Shown: positions 1 to 8,679, counted from the whole stretch's first letter. The stretch is 62,783 bases of DNA, filler included, from Candidatus Woesearchaeota archaeon (GCA_046538795.1; 5 parts of 5 records of this genome joined end to end with filler, not necessarily neighbours in it); one strand, 5' to 3'. Made by a program: numbers and translations. Notes: generated by a model from the sequence alone, not told the origin.

Positions 1-384
1 TTTGATATCAAAAGTCATTATCACATCTTTATCGGGCGCTCTGATTCCGGTTGTCTCTTTTGCAACAGCTACAGCCATGTTTGCACTAAATTGAAGGTCT
101 GTTTCTAAAAAAGGCATGGTATCTATCAGCACATTTGAATTTCCAGAAATAATCCTTACATTAAGAATGCCCATTATACCCTCATCAGCTCTTGTATTAA
201 GCGCAACTATAGGAACTTCTTTCTCTGTCGGAAACTCCTCATCTGAAGATAAGGATGTGACAAGTCCTGTTCCTGAAACAAAATCCGCCCCTGAAAAAAA
301 ACTGTCAAGAAGTATTATTGAAGAAAAAACATATGTTGTCATAAGTACACCTAGTATAAAAAAAAGCAAATTACGTTTTCTCAT
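1..384 (-). CDS. Membrane-anchored Lon-like (S16) archaeal serine protease, N-terminal part (runs off window start)
   Basis: Not in ORF track. Manual translation MRKRNLLFLILGVLMTTYVFSS...VPIVALNTRADEGIMGILNVRIISGNSNVLIDTMPFLETDLQFSANMAVAVA shows an N-terminal TM and resembles the start of a Lon-C-like domain. Catalytic residues lie outside the window. Confidence 0.55.
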   Translation of the reverse strand, partial: MRKRNLLFFILGVLMTTYVFSSIILLDSFFSGADFVSGTGLVTSLSSDEEFPTEKEVPIVALNTRADEGIMGILNVRIISGNSNVLIDTMPFLETDLQFSANMAVAVAKETTGIRAPDKDVIMTFDIK

Positions 385-499
385 TTTTCTTCCTGAAATT
401 AACATAAAAAAAATAATACCATAATCAATTTAAATATTATCTTGAATAAGTTAATTATTAATAAAAAAGAAATTAGATAATTCAAAAAAAGAAAAACAT

Positions 500-1258
500 T
501 CAATCACCAACATTCACCTGAGTACATATCTTATCCAAACAGGACACCACAAAACGTCCGGATTTCCCTGCACAGAAATCCGGGCATTGCTCTGATTCAT
601 CTACAAATCTTAAATTTCCGAAAAAACATTTCCTTGTTTCTATATGGACTCCGCATGCACAGTCATCATCTGAAATGCAATATCTTTCAGGATCATGTTC
701 AAAAAATATTATGTCATTCGGCGTTATGCATTGCCTCGGGCAAGCTTCACAGTCTGGCTCAAGAACCTCATATCCAGACTCCACGCACTTTTCAAAAGCA
801 GACTTTTCCGGCTCCTCAACTAAAAGTTCTGTAAAAGATATGTTTACTATCTCATTCCAGGCCAGAGAAACAGAAACCTCAAATGCATATACATTTTCAG
901 GAAGCTCATCTGTTTCAACATTAAACCTGTATGTAAATATATAGCATCCAGGACATCTCAGTATTTCATGCCCAATCTCCCTTAAATTTGATGCATTATG
1001 ATTTTGATAGCTATAAGACTGACTTATCCTTTCGACAATCGTTTCCCTTAAAAGCGAAATCTCATCCTGCGAACACTCAAAAGTGCATGATCCATCAACA
1101 TATTTCCATTCACCTATGCATTCAATCCTTGCAGCATCTTTGTTCTTTTCAGCACAACAGGCACCTCTTTGGTCTTCGGGAATAGAACCACAGTCTATAG
1201 TGCATGCAGTTGCAAGTAATGAAAATATCATAAGCCCTAAAAGGATTTTAAGTTTCAT
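500..1258 (-). CDS. Cys-rich secreted protein with lipoprotein-type signal peptide
   Basis: MKLKILLGLMIFSLLATA-C lipobox-like N-terminus followed by several Cys clusters. Confidence 0.7.
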   Translation of the reverse strand: MKLKILLGLMIFSLLATACTIDCGSIPEDQRGACCAEKNKDAARIECIGEWKYVDGSCTFECSQDEISLLRETIVERISQSYSYQNHNASNLREIGHEILRCPGCYIFTYRFNVETDELPENVYAFEVSVSLAWNEIVNISFTELLVEEPEKSAFEKCVESGYEVLEPDCEACPRQCITPNDIIFFEHDPERYCISDDDCACGVHIETRKCFFGNLRFVDESEQCPDFCAGKSGRFVVSCLDKICTQVNVGD

Positions 1259-1307
1259 TGAATCACCAAATTATACCAAAACAAGATCCATTTAAATATG
1301 TTTTCAA

Positions 1308-1506
1308 ATAACTCATACCGATGGCTATTCCATGATCTAAATGAAGGGGTGCCCCAGAGAGTACTTTTCGAGCACACCTGCGGTGCATTGTTCCAAAGAA
1401 GTTTACCCTTTCAGGGCAAACCCCACAAAAACGAAAAGAAATTTTTTAAATTTATGCACACATTGAAACAAGGTTTCAATCGTGTTCCATGCGAAATTTT
1501 CAATAA
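1308..1506 (+). repeat. Dispersed structured intergenic repeat, copy 1 (longest)
   Basis: Aligns by eye with 11057-11211 and 35343-35486. Begins ATAACTCA, ends CAATAA, contains hairpin ATTGAAAC-AAG-GTTTCAAT. Confidence 0.92.
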
Positions 1507-1537
1507 TATGGCATAAAGCCAATAATCAGTACTATTT

Positions 1538-3082
1538 TCAGATATATTTTGCAATTTCTTTTCTGAACTGAGAAAAAGACCTGAAATGTATTGTGTTAAA
1601 ACCCTTTTCTTCAGCAGTTTTAATATTTTTTAAAGTATCGTCAACAAAAAGACATTGCGACGGAGGAAGGCCAATTTCTCTTATTGCATGTCTAAATATG
1701 TTTATATCAGGCTTGATAAGTCCAAGATCGTCTGAAAAGAACATATCTTCAAAGACATTTTTGTATTTTTTTCTTAAGATAGGAGAGATAAAACTGTAAT
1801 TATTAGATAAGATAAACAATCTTTTCGTCTTTTTTAGTTTTTTCAGAAATAAGATCAGTTCTTTGTTTTCAGTAACAGAGTCAAGGTATATTTTTTTAAA
1901 AATATCAAACGAAAAATCAAACTTATTGATCCTTTTGAAAAAATCTTTAAATGATTCTTTGTTCATCAAGAGGTTGGCTTCTTCTGAATCGATAAGCGTA
2001 AATAGTTCATCTTCATCAAGATCATATTTACAAGCAAGAGTCATTGCAATCCGCTTTATGAAAACACCTTTTGTAAGAACACCTCCCCAGTCAAACAGAA
2101 CAGCTTTTATCTGATTTGAAGAAAGATAGTCTATAAGCATTTTCTTAAGATTATGAGGATTGTGTTTTTTTGAAAGGATTTCTCTGAAAAGAGAGTAAAG
2201 ATTCAAATCAAGAATATCTTTATTTCTGTACCTGAAAACTTGTCTCATATTCTCAAGCCCTTCTATTGTCTGGGTTATCATTTTCTCTGCAATCTTTACA
2301 GAATGGCCTTTTCCAAGCAAAGTTCCAAAAAGTTGGTTTCTTGAAAAAGATGAAAAACTGGTTACAAAGAGATCACCAACCCCGCCCGCATCAACAAAAG
2401 TGTGCCTTCTAATTCTCTTAATATTTTTATAGTAGAATTCTGTATATGCCTTGCTTATTATAGATGCAGTAAAATTATTGCCAGTCTCAAGTCCGTTACA
2501 GATTCCTACAAGTATTGCAATTATGTTTTTGTAGAATCCCAAAAGCTGTACACCCTCAATATCTGTTGTTGGAGTAAGAACTACATTTTTTGTCTTTAGC
2601 ATGTTGATTGTTTTTTTGGTAAGATCATTTCTGCCTGCAACAATAAGCTTGCATGGAAGTCCTTTGGCCAATTCAGAAGCAATTGATGGTCCTGATAATG
2701 AAACAACATTTTCTGTAAGATTTGCAGAGATCAGTGATGTCATGGTCTTTTTTCCATTGTAAAGACCCTTGCTGGCAGAAATTATTATCTGATCCTTGAT
2801 AAATGGCTTGATTTTTGAACAGACATCCATCATGAATTTTGAAGGTACTGCAATAATCACCATGCCAGGAGATTTTAACTTACTGTAATTATTGTGCGCT
2901 ATTATCTTTTTGTTTAATTTAACATCAGAAAGGTACTTGCTGTTCCTGTTGTTAGAATTAATCTCTTTGATAACATCAGGTTCAATTGACAGCAGGAAAA
3001 CATTTTTTATTCTTCTTGAATTAGAAAAGGCATTTGCAAGAGCTGTTCCAAAACTTCCTGATCCTATTATATGAAGATCCAT
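1538..3082 (-). CDS. gpsA: NAD(P)H-dependent glycerol-3-phosphate dehydrogenase (GpsA-type) fused to C-terminal HAD-superfamily phosphatase
   Basis: GSGSFG Rossmann motif, LSGPS, YKNIIAI, GVGDLFVT..SRN; then HAD motifs FDWGGVL, LSN, KPD, FVDD. Start moved to MDLHII. Confidence 0.88.
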   Translation of the reverse strand: MDLHIIGSGSFGTALANAFSNSRRIKNVFLLSIEPDVIKEINSNNRNSKYLSDVKLNKKIIAHNNYSKLKSPGMVIIAVPSKFMMDVCSKIKPFIKDQIIISASKGLYNGKKTMTSLISANLTENVVSLSGPSIASELAKGLPCKLIVAGRNDLTKKTINMLKTKNVVLTPTTDIEGVQLLGFYKNIIAILVGICNGLETGNNFTASIISKAYTEFYYKNIKRIRRHTFVDAGGVGDLFVTSFSSFSRNQLFGTLLGKGHSVKIAEKMITQTIEGLENMRQVFRYRNKDILDLNLYSLFREILSKKHNPHNLKKMLIDYLSSNQIKAVLFDWGGVLTKGVFIKRIAMTLACKYDLDEDELFTLIDSEEANLLMNKESFKDFFKRINKFDFSFDIFKKIYLDSVTENKELILFLKKLKKTKRLFILSNNYSFISPILRKKYKNVFEDMFFSDDLGLIKPDINIFRHAIREIGLPPSQCLFVDDTLKNIKTAEEKGFNTIHFRSFSQFRKEIAKYI

Positions 3083-3128
3083 AATGGTTATTATAAAAAT
3101 AGCATTTAATATATTTTTGGTTATCTTT

Positions 3129-3509
3129 TTAGTAAGCACTTATGTAGCGGGAGTTTGCAATTCTATTAATTTCATGTTTTCGATCAGTTTCACTTAGATT
3201 TGCAAGCTTTAGTGATTCGTCTATCAAGTTCACAGTTTCACGCAAATGCCTGTTCATACCTTCCAGACAGCGATCTATACAGTATGCCTTGTCACAATCA
3301 TGCGCTGGCCTGTAAAGCCTCAAAGAAGAATCTACTTTCCCTCCAAGCTTGCAAAACGCCATAATGTGGACCTTATATCCTTCAAGAAGGGAATATATTT
3401 TTTCAGAAAGCATATTGTATTCTTCCTGCTCAAGAGTTTTCGGCAATCTGTCTTCATATTTTTTTCTCAACTCTTCAACTTTTCTACAGAGTCTTTTTTC
3501 TGAAATCAT
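3129..3509 (-). CDS. Hypothetical protein
   Basis: Open frame from MISEKR in a run of minus-strand genes. Confidence 0.55.
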   Translation of the reverse strand: MISEKRLCRKVEELRKKYEDRLPKTLEQEEYNMLSEKIYSLLEGYKVHIMAFCKLGGKVDSSLRLYRPAHDCDKAYCIDRCLEGMNRHLRETVNLIDESLKLANLSETDRKHEINRIANSRYISAY

Positions 3510-3561
3510 CTCTCGCGCATAAAATAAAATAATTAAAAAATTTTTCGGTAGAAAACATAGA

Positions 3562-3849
3562 TCACCTTTGCTTTTTCGAGCCATTCAATAAAAGAACAAC
3601 ATAGATCATGATAAGCCCTGAAACTACAAGTATGATTTCTATTGGAAAGAATCCTGAAAGATATGTTATCACGCCAGCAAAGACTAATAATAGCCCTGTA
3701 ACCAAAAGCACATAAGATAGAAAAAAAATAAACACGGTTTTTTTAACTTCTCGTGCCTTTTTTTGAAAATTTCTTTCAGCCTTATGCCTGACAGAATCTA
3801 TTTTTTCCAGGAATTTTATAGCTGACTCAAGCAATTCACTTAATTTCAT
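3562..3849 (-). CDS. Small two-TM membrane protein (YqjE/holin-like)
   Basis: Two hydrophobic segments; lies directly downstream of the ElaB/YqjD-like gene. Confidence 0.55.
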   Translation of the reverse strand: MKLSELLESAIKFLEKIDSVRHKAERNFQKKAREVKKTVFIFFLSYVLLVTGLLLVFAGVITYLSGFFPIEIILVVSGLIMIYVVLLLNGSKKQR

Positions 3850-3861
3850 CTTGCCTCGTTA

Positions 3862-4128
3862 TTATTTCTTATGCATCATTATAGCTGAAGCAACAATCCC
3901 TGCAAGCATCCCAACACCAAAAGATATTCCAACTGAAGGCAAAGGATGTTCCTGCACTTTATGCTCCATCTCTTTTTTTGTTTCCATAGCTCTTTGCTTT
4001 GCGTGCTCTATCTTCTCTCTCACGTCAACATCTCGCCCAGAGAATGATTTTTCCAAATTCTGTATCTGTGTCTTAAGACCTGATAGTGCATCACGAAGAT
4101 CCCTTGTATCTAAATCATCTTTAGCCAT
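3862..4128 (-). CDS. ElaB/YqjD (DUF883)-like tail-anchored protein
   Basis: Coiled-coil body with C-terminal VQEHPLPSVGISFGVGMLAG; GGAGGTG SD before ATG. Confidence 0.75.
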   Translation of the reverse strand: MAKDDLDTRDLRDALSGLKTQIQNLEKSFSGRDVDVREKIEHAKQRAMETKKEMEHKVQEHPLPSVGISFGVGMLAGIVASAIMMHKK

Positions 4129-4411
4129 TATTTCCACCTCCCAATAAGAAAATGAAGGATGATTGATTTTATAAAACGTAGCCAGTGGATCTTGCGAATT
4201 ATGAAAAAAACAACACTATTTTACCGATATTTTTGAGAAAAAGCAAGATGAGTCCATAAAGATTATTTTTCTTTGCTTTAGCAAAGGAAAAATCAAAGAC
4301 AACTCTGTTTTCCGCAGACCCTAAATTGCCCTGCTATTTGGGTACCAAATAATCATTTATTTTTTGAACATGTTCAAATCCCAAGGACAAATGAAGAATG
4401 AAATGATGAAA

Positions 4412-4547
4412 TGCGTCCGCCGGGATTAGTTTGAAAGCAGAGCTTTCTAACTTGCCAAAATTTCTTTGAAATTTTGAGCATGAACCCGAAGGTTCAAATC
4501 CTTCAAATTCCAAACGCATACAACTTAAAGTAGGACTGCGTCCGCCG
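4412..4547 (-). repeat. Two partial copies of the tRNA-Gly 3' end (att-like remnants)
   Basis: 4412-4427 is identical to 5667-5682 (16 bp); 4535-4547 is identical to 5665-5677 (13 bp). Confidence 0.8.
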
Positions 4548-4618
4548 TAGAACGAACCAACAAATAAAAACACAACATTTAAATAAATTTATCATTTATA
4601 TGTATCCGGTGATTACCC

Positions 4619-4837
4619 ATGGTAAATGTAACTTTATCGGTTCCAACAGAACTTAAATCTAAGATGGATAAGCTTAATGAAGTAAATTGGAGTGCTGTTG
4701 CAAGAAATGCATTTGATGAAAAAATAAAAGATATTGAGTTTATCAAAAGGTTCAAGTCAAAAAGTACAATGAGTGAAGAGGATGCTCTTTCACTTGGAAA
4801 AGAATTGAATAGTAAAATAAGCCAAAGAAGGTCTTAA
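4619..4837 (+). CDS. Antitoxin, ribbon-helix-helix/VapB-like
   Basis: MVNVTLSVPTELKSKM...VNWSAVAR RHH pattern, directly upstream of PIN gene. Confidence 0.8.
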   Translation: MVNVTLSVPTELKSKMDKLNEVNWSAVARNAFDEKIKDIEFIKRFKSKSTMSEEDALSLGKELNSKISQRRS

Positions 4838-4839
4838 GA

Positions 4840-5250
4840 ATGCAGCTTGTTATAGATGCAAATGTATTGTTTTCTTTACTTATCAAAAAAAGTAAAATAG
4901 AAAACCTATTTTTTAATGAAGAGCTTGAATTATTCGCTCCTGAATTTATTTTTACTGAGTTTGAAAAATATAAAGAAATAATCTTAAGAAAAACTCAACG
5001 CTCAGATATGGAATTCTATAGATTATTTACGATACTTAAAAGGATTATTAAAACCATCCCAAATGAAGAAACCTCAAAATTTATCACTGATGCAGAAGAA
5101 ATATGTCCTGATACAAAAGATGTCGATTATTTTGCTCTTGCATTAAAATTAAAATGTCCTATCTGGAGTAATGATAAAAAAATAAAAAAACAGGATAATA
5201 TTGAAATATATGATTCAACTGAATTATTGAAAATATTTAGTGATGAATAA
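4840..5250 (+). CDS. PIN-domain toxin (VapC-like)
   Basis: LVIDANVLFS, E, DxKDVDYFALA, IWSND acidic PIN motifs. Confidence 0.9.
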   Translation: MQLVIDANVLFSLLIKKSKIENLFFNEELELFAPEFIFTEFEKYKEIILRKTQRSDMEFYRLFTILKRIIKTIPNEETSKFITDAEEICPDTKDVDYFALALKLKCPIWSNDKKIKKQDNIEIYDSTELLKIFSDE

Positions 5251-5530
5251 AAACTACTGTATCAGTTGGCTTGATTTTAGACAATTGATAGTTCAGGGCT
5301 ATTTAACTTATGATAGATCAGATATCGATAATATGAACCGGAAAGATAAACATAAAACTCTTATTGCTACACCTAAAGCGTTTATTTTTTTAGAATCTTA
5401 TTTTAGTGGAAAACGTACCGAAGAAACAATCAAGATAACAAAACAAAACCTATATCTATTTGTAATATTCTCTCTTATTGCCATATTCTTAGCAATATTA
5501 AGTTTTCTATTTAATTTGTTGATTGCATAA
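5240..5530 (+). CDS. Hypothetical protein with C-terminal TM helix
   Basis: ORF overlaps the vapC stop; hydrophobic C-terminus. Confidence 0.5.
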   Translation: MMNKNYCISWLDFRQLIVQGYLTYDRSDIDNMNRKDKHKTLIATPKAFIFLESYFSGKRTEETIKITKQNLYLFVIFSLIAIFLAILSFLFNLLIA

Positions 5531-5666
5531 TTTCCGGATAATATTAAAGGATCTTTAATTATGTCATTTTTTATTGCTTTTATAACGCTTGTTTTTATTA
5601 TTTATATGTTGACAAAGAAAAAGTTTTTCTGACAGAAATTCACGCACTGAACCCAAAAGAAAAAAC

Positions 5667-5787
5667 TGCGTCCGCCGGGATTTGAACCCGGATAGGCGGC
5701 TGTCTTCACGAAAGTGAAATATCCTGTGTGGATCTTCAGATCTTAACGTGTGGAAGGCCGCAGTCATAGCCATTAGACCACAGACGC
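5667..5787 (-). tRNA. tRNA-Gly(TCC) with 49-nt intron at 37/38 (5702-5750)
   Basis: Acceptor GCGTCTG/CGGACGC-A, anticodon stem GCGGC/GCCGC with CT-TCC-A^A, T-arm CCGGG-TTCAAAT-CCCGG. Canonical bulge-helix-bulge: CTTC/GAAG helix with CA^C and AC^A bulges. Confidence 0.95.
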
Positions 5788-5831
5788 AATATGAATTTAT
5801 AAAAAGAAATTCAAGTGTTTTATAAAATTAA

Positions 5832-6896
5832 CTATTTGTTGTCCTCTTTTTTTAACTCAGATCGCATATTTTCTATGAACCTGTCAAAATCATGAACCTT
5901 TATGCCAGCACCGCAGGCATGCTCATGTCCTCCGCCATAACCATCTATATCCTTAAGAGACTCAGCAAGTATTTTTGAGATCACATATTTGCCTGAACGA
6001 AGAGAGCAACGCATCTCACCATCTCTTTCCCGGGCAATTATTATGACTTTATCAGGAAATTTATGCAAAAGCTCATTGCTTAGGTCAGCAGTAAAACTCA
6101 TCTTCCTATCAGTATATTTGTAAAGAAGTATCATGTCATCAGAAGCACAAGATAAAGCTTCTTTGAACATGTCATCATAAAGCTTTCTTATAGTCATATA
6201 TCTTTTCCAGATATACGTGCCCCGTGAAGAAGTCTGATCAAGTATCTCATAAGGCTCTTTTATTCTGGTCATTATCTTCATGCACTTGATAACCTCTTTG
6301 GTAGGACCTTTCAAAAGGAATGAAAACACTCTCACAAGCTCTCCAAGCCTTGTATCAAAAAGAACATCCCCGGGATCTTCATAATCTGCCTTAGCCAATA
6401 TGTCAGGATATTTTTCTACAAACTCCTCTAAGAATTCAGGTATATACCAATCCCCTATACAACCGACAGAAGCAATCCACAGATGATCCTTCTTATCAGC
6501 CACCCTGTATGCCCAGTAAGATGTGGGTTTATGCTGGTCCGGAGTGTATGACCTGGGATTGTAATATTTCACATGCTTAAGATCGATAGGCTTATGATGG
6601 TCAAGCCAAAAACAAGGAGTTCCTCTCAAAGAATCAACAAACTCCTGGGTAACAACTGCCTTATCAAGTATGAAAACCTTGTCAGGAGAGAACTCTGTCA
6701 CTTTTGAGGTGAAATTTATATCAAGTTCAGGAGCTGACTTTATAGGGATTCCTTTGCCATCTCCGACTGCCTTGTAAAACATCAAAAACGAACTCAGTCC
6801 ATCAGGATCATCATCAAAAAAAAAGATTGGTTTTGCAGATTCATATAACTCTTTTCTTAGTTCTTCTATCTTTGCATCAGGAATAAGGTCTTTCAT
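5832..6896 (-). CDS. DHH/DHHA1 family phosphoesterase
   Basis: DPDG, ILD, LDHH, IGD, SLRS, GGGH motifs. Confidence 0.9.
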   Translation of the reverse strand: MKDLIPDAKIEELRKELYESAKPIFFFDDDPDGLSSFLMFYKAVGDGKGIPIKSAPELDINFTSKVTEFSPDKVFILDKAVVTQEFVDSLRGTPCFWLDHHKPIDLKHVKYYNPRSYTPDQHKPTSYWAYRVADKKDHLWIASVGCIGDWYIPEFLEEFVEKYPDILAKADYEDPGDVLFDTRLGELVRVFSFLLKGPTKEVIKCMKIMTRIKEPYEILDQTSSRGTYIWKRYMTIRKLYDDMFKEALSCASDDMILLYKYTDRKMSFTADLSNELLHKFPDKVIIIARERDGEMRCSLRSGKYVISKILAESLKDIDGYGGGHEHACGAGIKVHDFDRFIENMRSELKKEDNK

Positions 6897-7009
6897 CTTA
6901 ATAGTAAAAAGATTTGCCTTTATTTATAAATCTGATTGTTCTATGCCATAAACAACACGCAAACTATTTATAAGAGTAATTCCAAAAATAATATCAAAGA
7001 GGTGAATTC

Positions 7010-7924
7010 ATGAAACACAGCAAACAGCTTCTCATACTTCCATTTGATCACAGAAGTTCTTTTTCAAAAACACTCATGGGCTATGATGAAAAAAGGCTCA
7101 CAGCCTCACAACACAACAAAATATCTTATATGAAAAATGTTGTTTTTGAAGGATTCATAGAATACGCCAAAAAATACAAGAAAAACAAGGATGAATTCGG
7201 AATACTTGTAGATGAAGAATACGGAAAATCTATTCTCAAGCGTGCAAATCAGATGGGAGTTATGTCATGCTCGCCTTCAGAAAAGTCCGGCCAGAAAGTG
7301 TTTCAACTTGATTATGGCTCAAAATTCAAAGGACACATAGAAAGGGTTAATCCTGCTTATGTTAAAGTCCTTGTAAGATATAACCCGGGAAATAAGAAAG
7401 ATAACAAGATACAACTTGAAAGACTAAAAAAACTTGATTCATATTGCAGAAAAACTGACAGACAATTCTTGTTTGAGCTTCTCGTACCACCTACAGAAAA
7501 CGAACTTAAAACTTTAGGGAAAAAAAGATATGATAAGACAAAAAGGATAACAAACACCATAAAAGCGCTTGAAGAGCTTTCAAAAGAGCTTTATGTCGAT
7601 GTCTGGAAACTTGAAGGTTTTGATTCAAAAAAAGCATGGCAGGACATCATAAGTGCATTAAATAAAAAGACAATCAACAAGGATTTCTCGATTGTGGTTC
7701 TGGGAAGAGGAGAAAACAAGGATCATGTTATCAAATGGCTAAAAATAGCATCAAAGTTCCATGAGATAAACGGTTTTGCTGTTGGAAGGACCATATTCAT
7801 GCAGCCACTCATAGAACTCAAAGAAGGAAAGATAAACAGAAGCAAAGCAATTAAAAAAATATCTGACAATTTCAGGTTTTTTGTTAATCTTTGGCTTAAA
7901 GAAAAAAATATACAGCTTTCTTAA
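7010..7924 (+). CDS. DUF2090 class I aldolase-like protein (IolC C-terminal/LacD-like TIM barrel)
   Basis: LPFDHRSSF, ILVDEEYG, KVLVRYNP, LFELLVPP, VWKLEG, VLGRG, GFAVGRTIF. Confidence 0.85.
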   Translation: MKHSKQLLILPFDHRSSFSKTLMGYDEKRLTASQHNKISYMKNVVFEGFIEYAKKYKKNKDEFGILVDEEYGKSILKRANQMGVMSCSPSEKSGQKVFQLDYGSKFKGHIERVNPAYVKVLVRYNPGNKKDNKIQLERLKKLDSYCRKTDRQFLFELLVPPTENELKTLGKKRYDKTKRITNTIKALEELSKELYVDVWKLEGFDSKKAWQDIISALNKKTINKDFSIVVLGRGENKDHVIKWLKIASKFHEINGFAVGRTIFMQPLIELKEGKINRSKAIKKISDNFRFFVNLWLKEKNIQLS

Positions 7925-8211
7925 AGCTTGTCTCTTCTGAAAAGAAAATTTTTTAATTTTTCAAGCCGGTTCTGCGGACTCGGTATATTTGTTAGCTTTT
8001 CAACAAAATCCATGCCATGCCTGTTCTTAAGAATATTCACAGCAGCCTGGCTTTTCTTGAAAACAGAAGTATTTTCAATATTATCAAATGATTGGTTGGA
8101 ATACATAAATTCAACTGACCTATAAAGCTCTACAAGTTCTGAATCGCTCTTTTTTGCAAGCTTACTATGATATGGATTATCCTTTGCCTTATATGTCTTT
8201 TCTGAAGCCAT
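7921..8211 (-). CDS. Hypothetical protein
   Basis: ORF with ATG and upstream TATA-like element. Confidence 0.55.
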   Translation of the reverse strand: MASEKTYKAKDNPYHSKLAKKSDSELVELYRSVEFMYSNQSFDNIENTSVFKKSQAAVNILKNRHGMDFVEKLTNIPSPQNRLEKLKNFLFRRDKL

Positions 8212-8256
8212 AAATAGAATTTAATAAAAAGAAATATAAAAGATTTACTATTAAAA

Positions 8257-8679
8257 TCACTTTTTAAAGCTGTCTATTGCCTTTTGGATCTCTTCTTTAT
8301 TCCATCCAGCAGATGTAAGGGAGGACATGATCTGATCATCTGTTTTTCCTTTTGCTTTTGCTGATTTTACCCAATTGACAATCTCATATGCCGGCTTATC
8401 ATCAGACTTTGAACTGCTATGAGATGAACCTGATGATTTTGAACTATGAGAACTTCCACGCTCCATACTTTTCTCAATATCAACTTCATCTTTTTCAAAC
8501 TGTCCAAGATCTGATTCAAATCTCTGGATATCTTCTGATTCCTCTGTAAGAAGGAGCTTTAATTTTTTTACCTCGAGAAGTACAAATATAAGTCCAATGA
8601 ATAAAAGCATGATTATTACAAATAAGATCTCAAATATAGGAACTCCTTCAATACCAAATACATATGCCATGAATTTCAC
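8257..8679 (-). CDS. Single-TM membrane protein with C-terminal LxxAGW helical domain
   Basis: N-terminal TM, coiled coil, Ser-rich linker; start overlaps the upstream stop. Confidence 0.7.
   Translation of the reverse strand: MKFMAYVFGIEGVPIFEILFVIIMLLFIGLIFVLLEVKKLKLLLTEESEDIQRFESDLGQFEKDEVDIEKSMERGSSHSSKSSGSSHSSSKSDDKPAYEIVNWVKSAKAKGKTDDQIMSSLTSAGWNKEEIQKAIDSFKK

Noticed and set aside
116..424. Antisense and nested ORFs in the track (this one and many others)
   Set aside because: They are shadows of better-supported genes on the opposite strand or in another frame.
1462..1480. ATTGAAAC and GTTTCAAT resemble CRISPR repeat termini
   Set aside because: They form one hairpin inside a dispersed repeat. 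There is no repeat-spacer periodicity and no cas gene in the window.
1298..1516. 72-aa ORF over repeat copy 1 (and 10862-11104 over copy 2)
   Set aside because: The frame is not preserved among repeat copies because of indels, so it is probably non-coding.
4334..4573. 79-aa ORF
   Set aside because: Made of att remnants and palindromes; no credible start or family motif.
5564..5773. 69-aa ORF
   Set aside because: Overlaps the intron-containing tRNA-Gly.
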